Shown piece after piece: positions 19,009-28,248 of a DNA stretch of 64,000 bases (its first letter is position 1; the number at the start of each line of letters is the position of its first letter). Source of the DNA: Rothia sp. (in: high G+C Gram-positive bacteria) (GTDB taxonomy: Bacteria > Actinomycetota > Actinomycetes > Actinomycetales > Micrococcaceae); NCBI GenBank assembly GCA_030530765.1, contig JAUMUH010000001.1, positions 2,208-66,207 of the forward strand, written 5' to 3'. The notes beneath the pieces are model-generated. The model did no database searches, had not been told where the DNA came from, and worked only from the letters and a program-made list of their open reading frames with translations. The position numbers and the translations under genes are program-made.

Positions 19009-20250
19009 ATGGAACAGAAAAACATTGGTGTAGGTCTTATCAGTATCGGGTGGATGGGTAAGGTCCATGCCCGTGCCTACTCTGCCTTGCCTGTTGTCTA
19101 CCCTGAACTCGGGATTAAGCCCCGCCTGATTATCGCTGCTGATACCGCGCAGGATCGTGCTGACTATGCCCGCGATGTCCTGGGTTTTGAAGAGGTAACC
19201 CTTGACTATCGGGAAGTGCTGAACCACCCCGATGTCGATGTGGTCTCTATCTGCGCCCCCAATTTTCTACATGCCGAAATAGGGAAGGCCGCAGCAGCTG
19301 CTGGTAAGGCCTTCTGGATCGAAAAACCTGTGGGACGATCAGCCAGCGAAACCAATGAGGTGGTAGAAGCAGCTGAGGCGGCTGGAGTTGAGACCGCAGT
19401 AGGGTTCAACTATCGTAATACCCCTGCCATCGAGTACGCTCGACAACTAGTCGCGGAGGGAAAACTGGGGCGTATTACTAACGTACGTGGTGCCTTCTTC
19501 GCTGACTATTCGGCAGAGCCCAACGGAGCGCTTTCTTGGCGCTTTATCCGCAAACTGGCAGGTACCGGCGTGCTGGGCGATTTAATGGGCCACTTAGCTG
19601 ACCTCGCCCACTATATTGTGGGACCGATTTCTGAGGTGAGTGCTCTAACTTCTACGGTTTACACTGAGCGACCTAAGCTGCCGGTGGGTCAGGGAACCCA
19701 TTTTGCCGTGATTGAAAATGGTGAAATGGCTCCAGTGGAGAACGAGGACTACGTTGCTCTGTTGATTCGATTCGGGCAAGATGCTGTGGGTGCAGGTGCC
19801 GTAGGAACACTGGAAGCATCCCGTGTGGCGGTAGGGCCTCGAGCCCAGTATTCCATCGAAATCTATGGCACAGAAGGTTCAGTACGCTGGGACTTTGAGC
19901 GTATGAACGAACTAGAAGTTGCGCTTGGGCGTACTGGCCCCACCGTGGGATATACCAGGGTGATGGCGGGTGCTGATTTTGGTGACTTCGCAAAATTCCA
20001 GCCTGGTGCAGGAACATCGATGGGGTATGACGATCTTAAGGTAATCGAGGCGAAGAAATTCCTCTTAGCTTTTACCGGCGGTGAATCTGCTAACGCAGAT
20101 GTTCACGATGCTTTGCTAGCTAACCGTGTGGTGCAGGCGGCAGAAGATTCTGCAATCAGTGGCACCTGGGAGACAGTCCGACCGGTAGAACGTACAACTG
20201 CTGCGCTCGCACCGTCCTCACTGCTGTCTGGTCACGGTAGAGGCTTGTAG
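19009..20250 (+). CDS. Second Gfo/Idh/MocA oxidoreductase (candidate inositol stereoisomer dehydrogenase)
   Basis: GWMGKVHARAY, WIEKP, VGFNYR, GVLGDLMGH; AAGGAAG RBS before ATG 19009. Confidence 0.85.
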   Translation: MEQKNIGVGLISIGWMGKVHARAYSALPVVYPELGIKPRLIIAADTAQDRADYARDVLGFEEVTLDYREVLNHPDVDVVSICAPNFLHAEIGKAAAAAGKAFWIEKPVGRSASETNEVVEAAEAAGVETAVGFNYRNTPAIEYARQLVAEGKLGRITNVRGAFFADYSAEPNGALSWRFIRKLAGTGVLGDLMGHLADLAHYIVGPISEVSALTSTVYTERPKLPVGQGTHFAVIENGEMAPVENEDYVALLIRFGQDAVGAGAVGTLEASRVAVGPRAQYSIEIYGTEGSVRWDFERMNELEVALGRTGPTVGYTRVMAGADFGDFAKFQPGAGTSMGYDDLKVIEAKKFLLAFTGGESANADVHDALLANRVVQAAEDSAISGTWETVRPVERTTAALAPSSLLSGHGRGL

Positions 20251-20357
20251 CAATGGGCAATTAGCTAACTCAAGTAGATGAATGCCTATTGCTGGTACCC
20301 TCTAGTGACCTGTGGCATCAAAGTGGTGGGTCGTTATGGTGCCTCCAGGGTCCAGGA

Positions 20358-20382
20358 ACCCCGCAACCAAAGGTTGCGGGGT
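20358..20382. terminator. Bidirectional terminator hairpin
   Basis: accccgcaacc-aaa-ggttgcggggt between convergent genes. Confidence 0.8.
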
Positions 20383-20392
20383 GCTTTTCTGT

Positions 20393-21280
20393 TTAGGCGG
20401 TATAGGGCAGGCGCGGATCAATATCTTGCCCATCCCAGGTGGATCGCACCCAGCCATGGTGCGGGTCATCTGAAATTAGCCAGTCACGCACATTGCCGGG
20501 ACCAGCCATAACGTTGAGATAGTAGAGGTCGTAGCCAGGGGCTGCCATAGCCGGGCCGTGCCAGCCGTAAGGTACAAGCACTACGTCACCGGTGCGAATC
20601 TCTGCATTGATATCAATGGGCCGCTTATCTGAGGCATAGACTCGCTGATAACCAATAGCATCAGTAGCTTCAGCCGGTGCACCGGGGGTCTTGCGAGTCT
20701 CAAAATAGTAAATTTCTTCAAGCGCAGTTTCGCCCTCTTTCTCCTCATCGTGCTTGTGGGGAGGGTAGGACGACCAGTTTCCGGCCGGGGTGATGACTTC
20801 GCAGACAATGAAACGGTCAGCTTCAAGGGTTGCCGGGGTACCAAAATTATGAACCTGACGGGAGCAACTGCCCGCACCTCGAAGCTCCACCGGAATCTCA
20901 GCCTTAGCCAAGTGGCGTACCGGGTAGTCGGTCTTAGCAGGAGCTGTAGCGATGGCGACACGGACACCCGTCTCACCGGTAAGAGTTACTGCCCTATTGA
21001 TGCCGGTATAGAGCACATCTGCGGGTCCATGAAAAACAGATTCTCGGCCAGAGAGCTGGTAGGTCTCACCTTCGACGGTCACAGTGATATCTCCTGTGAG
21101 CGGTATGATGATACGCTCTTCATCTGCGGCATCCAGCGTCAGGGGTTCGCCAGTAAATTCTGCTGTTTTAATGCCGGTATACTCCCAGCCTGGAACCTGA
21201 ACTCTTGAATCATAGGTGCCTAGCGAAAGATCCCAAGGGCCGAAAGATGCACTACCGGCGGGATAAAGCCACTCTGACAT
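20393..21280 (-). CDS. iolB: 5-deoxy-glucuronate isomerase
   Basis: EVITPAGNWSSYPPHKHD, LEEIYY, GYQRVY, LYYLNVMAGP. Confidence 0.95.
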   Translation of the reverse strand: MSEWLYPAGSASFGPWDLSLGTYDSRVQVPGWEYTGIKTAEFTGEPLTLDAADEERIIIPLTGDITVTVEGETYQLSGRESVFHGPADVLYTGINRAVTLTGETGVRVAIATAPAKTDYPVRHLAKAEIPVELRGAGSCSRQVHNFGTPATLEADRFIVCEVITPAGNWSSYPPHKHDEEKEGETALEEIYYFETRKTPGAPAEATDAIGYQRVYASDKRPIDINAEIRTGDVVLVPYGWHGPAMAAPGYDLYYLNVMAGPGNVRDWLISDDPHHGWVRSTWDGQDIDPRLPYTA

Positions 21281-21338
21281 TACTTTTCTCCTTGTGGTTA
21301 GGGCTGTTGAAGGTTTTGGTAGGGTTTTCTCGCCTGCT

Positions 21339-22076
21339 TTATTGCGAAAGCGTCATCTCAAAACTGTAAAGGTCAGCGCGGTAAACGTGCCTGCCGGTTT
21401 CAACGCGGGTACCAACGTCATCGATGGCAGTGCGTTTCATGGTGACTAAAGGCGCACCTTCCTCTATTTCTAATGTTTTAGCCTGGAAGAGGTCAGCAAC
21501 CGTTGCGCCAACAGTTTGGTGCGCAAGGGAAAAGGTGACGCCCAATGAGCGTAAAACATCGTAGAGTCCCTGGTGAGTAAGTTCTTCTGGGGTAATTGTC
21601 CCCAGGGTGGTGGGAATCCAGTTTTCCATAACTGCTAAGGGCTTGTCATTTTCAAGGCGTAGACGAAGCAGATGGTAAACCTCGTGACCAGCAGGTAGCT
21701 GGAGCGCTTCGTTAACCGTTGCCGGGGGCACAATAGTTTCAAAGACCAATACCTTGGTGCTTGGGGTAACACCGCTTCGGGAGAGGTCTGCATAAAGAGA
21801 TGAGAGTGAAAGGGGTCTACGAATCTCGTTGGCAACTACCTGGGTACCAACACCGCGTTTTCGGACGAGTAACCCAGCGCGGACAAGTTCGTCCATAGCT
21901 TTGCGTACAGTGGGGCGGGAAAGGTGTAACTGAGCTGCTATCTCCAGTTCGTTAGGAAGCATTGTGCCTGAAGTCAGGTTCCCGTTAGAGATAGCGGTCT
22001 TAACTTCGCTTACCAGCTGATGGTAGAGCGGCATGGGGGATGATCTATCAATGGATAGCGAGGAGAGGGTAAACAC
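21339..22076 (-). CDS. iolR: GntR/HutC family regulator with UTRA domain (IolR)
   Basis: IDRSSPMPLYHQL, SRPTVRKAMDELV, RKRGVGT; co-oriented with iolB at the cluster edge. Confidence 0.8.
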   Translation of the reverse strand: MFTLSSLSIDRSSPMPLYHQLVSEVKTAISNGNLTSGTMLPNELEIAAQLHLSRPTVRKAMDELVRAGLLVRKRGVGTQVVANEIRRPLSLSSLYADLSRSGVTPSTKVLVFETIVPPATVNEALQLPAGHEVYHLLRLRLENDKPLAVMENWIPTTLGTITPEELTHQGLYDVLRSLGVTFSLAHQTVGATVADLFQAKTLEIEEGAPLVTMKRTAIDDVGTRVETGRHVYRADLYSFEMTLSQ

Positions 22077-22109
22077 GGAACACCTTATCTTGCTTGTAGG
22101 TGCGATTCA

Positions 22110-22129
22110 TATGTCACTTTGTAAGGACA
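22110..22129. promoter_or_regulatory. IolR-like operator upstream of iolR (autoregulation)
   Basis: Reverse complement TGTCCTTACAAAGTGACATA shares ACAAAGTGACATA with 8203-8215. Confidence 0.7.
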
Positions 22130-22349
22130 ATTTAAGTATATATGAAGGGTGCGACCAATACGTCATGCGCGTTTCAATTATTGCAATATAAACATATAGA
22201 TAATGCACACCCTCTCCTCTCCAGGGGTGGAATTGGGGGCGGAGGCAATAGCCATGGGGTAGAGGCAACGCTAAATAGCTTGTTGAAGCCCGTCCCTACC
22301 CCCTTTTTTACCCACCTTCCTTAGAACGCGGGGGTCTAGAGTAGAAAAA

Positions 22350-23222
22350 TTATTGCCCCTTCAGCATCTGGTAAATCACCGAGTCGTCCTTACGGCCTAG
22401 ACCCTCGTGGCGGCCGCGCAGGTAAAGCTGTTCGGCGGCGGACGCCAGTGGCACCGGCTGTGCCACTTGGCGGGCGGCATCGGTGACCAGACCCATGTCC
22501 TTGACGAAAATATCCAGGGCAGAGTGCACGTTATCAAAGTCTTCACCGACCATGCGCTCGCCGCGGTCGTTGAACATGAATGACTGTGCTGCGCCGGTGT
22601 TGAGCACCTGGTGGCATTGTTCAACGTCCAGCCCCATAGAATCAGCCAGGGCAAGAGCCTCACCGGCAGCCGCAATATGTATGCCGCAGAGCAACTGGTT
22701 AACCACCTTAAAACGCTGGCCGTCCCCCACGCGTGCACCCACTACCGGGTAGTTTGATGCCATGGCGTCGAGCAGGGGTGACACTGCCTCAATGTCGGCA
22801 GCTGCACCACCAACCATCACCAGCAAATCACCGGTGCCCGCACGGGCAACACCGCCAGAAACCGGTGCATCAACAAAGTGGGTGGTCACAGGTTCCAGCT
22901 GGGCGGCAGCAGCTTCAACCGCAGCCGGGCCCACGGTAGACATCACCATCACCTGAGTATCAGCAGATAGCGCCTGGGCAATGCCGTTTTCACCAAAAAG
23001 GACCGCCTGCAGCTGCGCCCCGGTTGCCACCATAATGACCACCGCATCAGCACCCGCAACAGCATCAACCGCGCTGGGAGCGGCAGCAACCTGGGGAGCT
23101 ACAGCCTCCAGGGCAGCCGGGTTCATATCGAAGGCAGTGACCTGGTGCCCTGCTGCAGCAGTCACCAAAGCCATGGGGGCGCCCATAGCGCCCAAACCGA
23201 TCCAAGCAACCTTCAAAGACAT
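22350..23222 (-). CDS. NAD-dependent beta-hydroxyacid dehydrogenase (3-hydroxyisobutyrate DH family, LtnD-like)
   Basis: WIGLGAMG, VDAPVSGG, KVVNQLLCGIH, SALDIFVKDMGLV; real start is ATG 23222 (GGAG RBS), since the longer ORF overlaps the kinase. Confidence 0.85.
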   Translation of the reverse strand: MSLKVAWIGLGAMGAPMALVTAAAGHQVTAFDMNPAALEAVAPQVAAAPSAVDAVAGADAVVIMVATGAQLQAVLFGENGIAQALSADTQVMVMSTVGPAAVEAAAAQLEPVTTHFVDAPVSGGVARAGTGDLLVMVGGAAADIEAVSPLLDAMASNYPVVGARVGDGQRFKVVNQLLCGIHIAAAGEALALADSMGLDVEQCHQVLNTGAAQSFMFNDRGERMVGEDFDNVHSALDIFVKDMGLVTDAARQVAQPVPLASAAEQLYLRGRHEGLGRKDDSVIYQMLKGQ

Positions 23223-23253
23223 CACTAAACTCCTTTGTTTTCCTGAAAAATTC

Positions 23254-24615
23254 TTAAGCTGCCGTTGCGCTCTTGAGGCGGGCAACGACGTCCGCCAGTG
23301 CCTGTTTGCTACCCACGTTGCCGGGGAAAACAACGTAGGGGTTGCCCAGCACCTCCGCCGGGGCATCCAGCGGGGTGAAGAGGGAAATCTGTCCGGGGAA
23401 GAACTGCCCCTCAGCCCTAGCCAGGCGAATACCCAGGCCTCTATGCGCCACCTCATGGGAGGTAATGCCGCCCTTTGCGATGACCCAGGCGGGCAACACG
23501 GTGCGAACCTTTTGCACCACCTCCACCACAGCATCTGACACGCTGCGGGCAATCGCCAGGGACTCAGCCGGGTCATCGGTAGAAATGAGGGTGCGGCTGG
23601 TGTAGACCACGCAGTCCTGGGTTTCTAGCTGCTGCCGTACAGCCGCAACCACGGCGTCAATATGCTCTGCCCGATGTGCCTCATCAAGCAGCTTTTCGAC
23701 CTGCAGCTCAAACTCAGCCAGCCCGCTCTTAGCCTGAACCTCAGCCAGCTGGGCGGTGGTTAGCCCAACGTGGGAACCCACCACCAGCAGGCCGTGGGGC
23801 AGACGCCCAGAATCCAGCTTGATGCTTTCAGGGGTTAGCACCTCAGCTCCCTGTTGCCCGGCCAGGGGGCGCACAAAGGACGGGCCACAGCGGCTAATAA
23901 AGACCTTCCCCTCAGCCTCAAGCTGGGTGACCGCATCGGCAACTACCTCCATATCGGAGTAGTCGGTGGAGTTGACAATGACCCACTGGCGGTTGGACGC
24001 CCCCGCCAGCTTCTGACGTACAAGCTCAACCCCACCTTGACGGATATCCTCCAGGGAAAGGGAGAGAACCTGGTCAGCCTTCACCTGTCCGCCAGACTTC
24101 TCTTCCAAGAAAGCAGCCAGGTGAGAGGTGTGGTAGCCGAAGGTGGCGTCCTTGGCGAAGTCGGTGTGCTCAACCAGCACTGCCTGCCCATCGACCATGG
24201 CGTAGTGAACATCGCCCTCGGTAAAGCGACCAGCCTCTAGCATTGCCGGGCAGAAGAGGAATACATCGGTTTCGATACCCGCCTCAGCCAGGGTGTCAGC
24301 CAGGGCATTAGGTTCAGCAATCACATGCCCGCGCAGGGTTGAATCGGAGCGGGACACCAGATGCAGCCCGCCCGCCTTTACCTGCTCACCCAACTCCTTG
24401 AGCACCCCGGCGACAATGCGCTGGTTCTTGGCAATAGCGTCCGCCTCATCCAGGGCACGGGTGTTGGTCAGCACGAAGCAAGAGGAACCTTCATCAGCTA
24501 GGGTCTGAGCCAGCAGGGCTGCATCTTCTTTAAAGGCAACTGGCATGTCAGAGACACACTGGGAGCCGGTGGGGTCATCATCAAGAACGAGCAGGCGGCG
24601 GGGGGAGGTGAGCAC
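23254..24615 (-). CDS. Four-carbon acid sugar kinase family protein (DUF1537)
   Basis: LVLDDDPTG, LTNTRAL, SRSDSTLRGH, VVGSH, IAKGGITS, VFPGNVG; GTG start after AAAGGA. Confidence 0.9.
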   Translation of the reverse strand: MLTSPRRLLVLDDDPTGSQCVSDMPVAFKEDAALLAQTLADEGSSCFVLTNTRALDEADAIAKNQRIVAGVLKELGEQVKAGGLHLVSRSDSTLRGHVIAEPNALADTLAEAGIETDVFLFCPAMLEAGRFTEGDVHYAMVDGQAVLVEHTDFAKDATFGYHTSHLAAFLEEKSGGQVKADQVLSLSLEDIRQGGVELVRQKLAGASNRQWVIVNSTDYSDMEVVADAVTQLEAEGKVFISRCGPSFVRPLAGQQGAEVLTPESIKLDSGRLPHGLLVVGSHVGLTTAQLAEVQAKSGLAEFELQVEKLLDEAHRAEHIDAVVAAVRQQLETQDCVVYTSRTLISTDDPAESLAIARSVSDAVVEVVQKVRTVLPAWVIAKGGITSHEVAHRGLGIRLARAEGQFFPGQISLFTPLDAPAEVLGNPYVVFPGNVGSKQALADVVARLKSATAA

Positions 24616-24656
24616 GGGGGCGTCCTTTCCATGGGTGTAGAAGGGCAGGGAGGATG

Positions 24657-26051
24657 TTAGGCAATTATTGCTACCAGTGGCCACATGAGCAGGCAGACCG
24701 CAAAGCCAACCAGAGAAGCAAAGGTAGTAACAACGCTGTAGGACTTCAGGGTGTTAGCGGTAGTGACCTTGAAGTAGCGGGACCAGACCCAGAAGAGGGA
24801 GTCATTGACGTGAGACAGCGCCATAGAACCGATACCAATGGTGACGGTCACCAGTGCCACCTGTAAGGGGGCTAGCCCCATGGTGGCAACCAGGGGCGCC
24901 AGCAGGGGAGCGGTGGTCAGTGTTGAAACGGTTGCTGAACCCTGGGCTGCACGGATTAGTGCAGCCATAACCCAGGCAAGAACCAGAATATGCAGGCCGC
25001 TGGCTGCCAGAACATCGGCAACAGCGGTTGCCACGCCGGTAGTTGAAAGGACGTGGCCGAAGGTGCCGCCAGCACCGGTAATGAGGATGACTGCTGCAAC
25101 CGGGGGCAGGGATGAATTGATGACATCCTCAGCCTGGGTCAGCCCCCAGCCGCGGCGGTAGCCCAGCAGAACAGTGCAGAGCAGCACGCCGATGAGCAGA
25201 GCCATGGGGGAGGCGCCGATGAAGCCCAAGAAGATGCGGGCAGCATTATCTTCTGGCAGAACCATAGCTGAAACAGTGGCACCCATAATCAGGAAGAGCG
25301 GGGTGAGAATGAGGGCAATAATCAGACCGGTTGAGGGCGGGTTCTTGACCACGGGGAAGGACTGGGTGTTAGCGTCCTCGTCAACCTCCTGCCCCAGTTC
25401 AGCTGCTGCTGCCGCGTCAATCATGGGTACGGGGGAGAAAACCTTCTTGGTGATGCTGGGGATCAGCAGCTGGGCGCAGAACCACATGATAGCTGCCGGA
25501 ATTAGACCCAGCAGAAGCACCATGCCCACGTTGGCACCCATGAGCTCAGCGCCGCCTACGATGCCCGGGTGTGGGGGTAGAACAACGTGTACGGTCAGCA
25601 GCGCCAGCACGGTGGGCAGGGCATAGTTGAGCATGTTGCCCTGCAGGCGGCGGCCCACAGAGAGGACGATGGGGATTAGCACGATCAGGGCAACGTCAAC
25701 AAAGACGGGGATGCCAAAGAGGAAGGATGCAACACCCAGTGCCCAGGGGGCGCGCTTGGGGCCGAACTTATCGAGCAGGGTCTTGGCCAGGACGTCCGCG
25801 CCGCCTGATACCTCGATGATGCGACCCATCATGGCGCCCAGGGTGACGATCAGCGCCACAGAGCCGAGGGTCTTGCCCATGCCTGCGGTGAGGGTGGGGA
25901 CGACCTCGCTGAGGGGGATGCCGCCGATAAGGGCTAGGGCAACTGAGACTAGGAGCAGGGCTAGGAAGGGGTGTGCCTTGGCTTTAATGATGAGCGCTAG
26001 GATGGCTGCTACTGAGGCTAAACCTAGCAGAACAAGTGTGGTTGTTCCCAT
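24657..26051 (-). CDS. GntP family sugar-acid:H+ symporter
   Basis: HPFLALL, GAMMGRIIEVSGGA, LPPHPG, ILITGAGG, RAAQGSATV, SHVNDSLFW. Confidence 0.92.
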   Translation of the reverse strand: MGTTTLVLLGLASVAAILALIIKAKAHPFLALLLVSVALALIGGIPLSEVVPTLTAGMGKTLGSVALIVTLGAMMGRIIEVSGGADVLAKTLLDKFGPKRAPWALGVASFLFGIPVFVDVALIVLIPIVLSVGRRLQGNMLNYALPTVLALLTVHVVLPPHPGIVGGAELMGANVGMVLLLGLIPAAIMWFCAQLLIPSITKKVFSPVPMIDAAAAAELGQEVDEDANTQSFPVVKNPPSTGLIIALILTPLFLIMGATVSAMVLPEDNAARIFLGFIGASPMALLIGVLLCTVLLGYRRGWGLTQAEDVINSSLPPVAAVILITGAGGTFGHVLSTTGVATAVADVLAASGLHILVLAWVMAALIRAAQGSATVSTLTTAPLLAPLVATMGLAPLQVALVTVTIGIGSMALSHVNDSLFWVWSRYFKVTTANTLKSYSVVTTFASLVGFAVCLLMWPLVAIIA

Positions 26052-26102
26052 GAAATCCTCGTTGATTCCGTTTGCTTGAAGCGGTGTTCAAGCAAGACTA
26101 AA

Positions 26103-26122
26103 CTTATCTGATATCAGATGAG
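26103..26122. promoter_or_regulatory. Palindromic operator for the divergent FadR-type regulator
   Basis: cttATCTGATATCAGATgag, perfect 14-bp core, immediately before TATAAT (26123-26128). Confidence 0.7.
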
Positions 26123-26173
26123 TATAATGGTTTGTGTCATAGAGTCAAGAAGTCATTAAGTGGGTGGGCCAAG

Positions 26174-26875
26174 ATGAGTCGGCAAAAATCAGAGCTAGTG
26201 GTTGACCGCATCCTGGTAGATATCGAACGGGGAAAATACAGCATCGGCCAGTCCATGCCCTCAGAAGCAGAACTCGCCGATACCTATGACGTCTCGCGCC
26301 TAACCGTGCGCGAAGCCATCAAATACCTAGCCAGCAGGGGAGTGCTAGATGTTGGGCACGGGCGCCGAAACCGTATCGCTGCCGCAGAAACCTGGTCTAT
26401 TCTTGACCCCGACATCGCTATTCTGCGCGGCAAACTCACCGGCAACAAAACTGCCTGGGCACTTGACCTCATTGAAGCACGCAGAATTGTTGAAATCGGC
26501 GCTGTTGACCTTGCGGCCCGCCGCATCACCGATGGGCAGTTGGACGACATGCGCCAGCTACTAGAGCGCATGGACAAAGAAGAATCTGTGGATGATGTAG
26601 TGCAAGCCGATATGGCCTTCCACCGCCTTATTCTTGACGCCGCCCAGAACGACTACATCACCGCCACCTATGAGAGCCTTGAAGCTATTTTGCTTTCGAT
26701 TCGCCGTCACACCTCGTCCTCACAGAGGGTGCGCGGTGAAGCGCAAGAGTGGCACAGGGCAATCTTTGCGGCCTTAGAAGCCAAGGACGCCACCGCAGCT
26801 CGCGCTGCTATGGGCGGGCACATGCAACAGACCCTGGTGGCGGTAGAAGAAACTTTAGCGGCGCAGAGGGACTAG
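26174..26875 (+). CDS. FadR/GntR family transcriptional regulator (FCD domain)
   Basis: PSEAELA..VSRLTVREA, LIEARRIVE, ADMAFHRLI, EWHRAIFAA. Confidence 0.92.
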   Translation: MSRQKSELVVDRILVDIERGKYSIGQSMPSEAELADTYDVSRLTVREAIKYLASRGVLDVGHGRRNRIAAAETWSILDPDIAILRGKLTGNKTAWALDLIEARRIVEIGAVDLAARRITDGQLDDMRQLLERMDKEESVDDVVQADMAFHRLILDAAQNDYITATYESLEAILLSIRRHTSSSQRVRGEAQEWHRAIFAALEAKDATAARAAMGGHMQQTLVAVEETLAAQRD

Positions 26876-26929
26876 TGGGATGGCTGGTAGCTCCTCTCTA
26901 TGCTACAAGGAATATGCTATTGGCAAGCC

Positions 26930-26990
26930 AATACAAAAAATACAAAAGATAAAAAAGAATAAAAATGGTAGCCTGGTTGCATGCTTACCG
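26930..26990 (+). repeat. 61-bp direct repeat, copy 1 (A-tract promoter plus first codons)
   Basis: 58/61 identical to 39036-39096. Confidence 0.95.
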
Positions 26991-27655
26991 ATTCCGCGAC
27001 CTATATGGAAGAGAACGGCATATGCGATATGGGTGAGACGATCCGTGCATTCGATGAAGCGTTTACCCCCGAAGAGCAAGCCAGAATCATCACTGAAGGT
27101 CTAGAGGAGCGGCAGCGCGGCGCTTCCTTCTTTAAAGAAAGCTGGTAACCTATACCAACCAAAGACGGTAACCTCCGTTCCATGATGCGCCGTGCAGCAG
27201 AAAAGTACGGCTATCTTTATGAAAATGAGGGGTACGAAGACGACACGGTGGATTCTAGCCGAACCTATGCAGCGAGCCTAGCCCAGCCCTATCTGACTCG
27301 TGAAAGGGAGGTTCGGGTTCTCACCATTTTTGCTACCTGGGTGGATAGCACCGGGGGATACGAGTACACCGTTTTGTACGGGGCTGAGAACGAAGCTCAG
27401 GACGAAATCTTGGATGAAAAACGGGCAGTGAACGGCCGAGAATTTTCAAAACTGCTGCGGCAGTCAATTGAAAACGCAGAAGCTAAGCTTGAAGCCCGCG
27501 GCCATGTATCTATCTGGGGCGGTGACATGATTGACCTGCACGGTCTTATAAGTGGTGGGGGTCTTGGTGCTCTGCTTGACCATCTCGAAGTTCCAATTCC
27601 AGGGCAGCAGGTTCGACCGGAGAATGGGCAGGCAGGAAGCTCTTTCTTCCGTTAA
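26981..27655 (+). pseudogene. Acidic hypothetical gene split by one in-frame TAA (27146-27148): 55 aa plus 157 aa in the same frame
   Basis: ATG 26981 lies 6 nt after TAGCCT; 27182 minus 26981 is 201 nt, so in frame; the 11 codons between the TAA and ATG 27182 are open. Confidence 0.6.
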
Positions 27656-27715
27656 TGGAGCGGCGAGCTCTTTTATGTTTGCCTAGCAGCCTATAAGGCA
27701 GGAGGTTAGGTGCGC

Positions 27716-27787
27716 GGGGCGAATAGCTTCAAGCCCGTAGCGTGCGTGGCCCAGTACGGGGAAGTTGCGCAAGATGGTGTGCTTCTT
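27716..27787 (-). pseudogene. 24-codon remnant of an FMN-binding glutamate synthase family (YerD-like) gene
   Basis: Translates KKHTILRNFPVLGHARYGLEAIRP, matching the recalled family N-terminal motif HxILRNxPxxGHxRYxLExIRP. Confidence 0.7.
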
Positions 27788-28107
27788 CATTCAGGGTGGC
27801 AAAGACGCTTTGCGGAGTGCGCCCCGGATGCTCTGCGCCCTGTCCCGCCAGAGGTAGGGATGACACTGCGGCTTATGCCGTTATGGGCAGAAATATGTAG
27901 CAGACTTTGTAGCAGCTAAAGAGTTTACGGATGAAGGCATCTGAGGCATATTGGGCACGGAAATTGAAATCTTGTGGGTGAAGAGTGTTGCCGCTCATGT
28001 CTGTTGAGTTTCTTTCAAGCAACCCCTAAGAATCAATGCTTTTAAGGGGTCTTGCTGCGGTGGGTTGAAAGTTTGTCACCTCTTTAGGGGTAAAGCGCAA
28101 AAAATTG

Positions 28108-28123
28108 TGTGAACACTTGTGCA
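28108..28123. promoter_or_regulatory. Candidate operator of the SorC-family regulator
   Basis: TGTGAACActtGTGC, same pattern as TGTGAACAaaaGTGC at 30800. Confidence 0.5.
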
Positions 28124-28248
28124 GAACTAAATTTCGTTCTATTGTATTCGTATTGTGCAGCAGTTCACGTATAGCGAGGGCTTGGGCATGCATATAGCCA
28201 CAGGCGAAGCCATTTCTACCCCGCTAGAAACATACAAAGGAGTAGCGC

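Noticed and set aside
22350-23576. 408-aa ORF as listed in the track
   Set aside because: The N-terminal ~118 aa overlap the DUF1537 kinase in another frame; the Rossmann motif and RBS put the start at 23222.
24617-24628. AAAGGACGCC upstream of the DUF1537 kinase as a motif copy
   Set aside because: Explained as the Shine-Dalgarno site and lacks the final G of the 9-mer.
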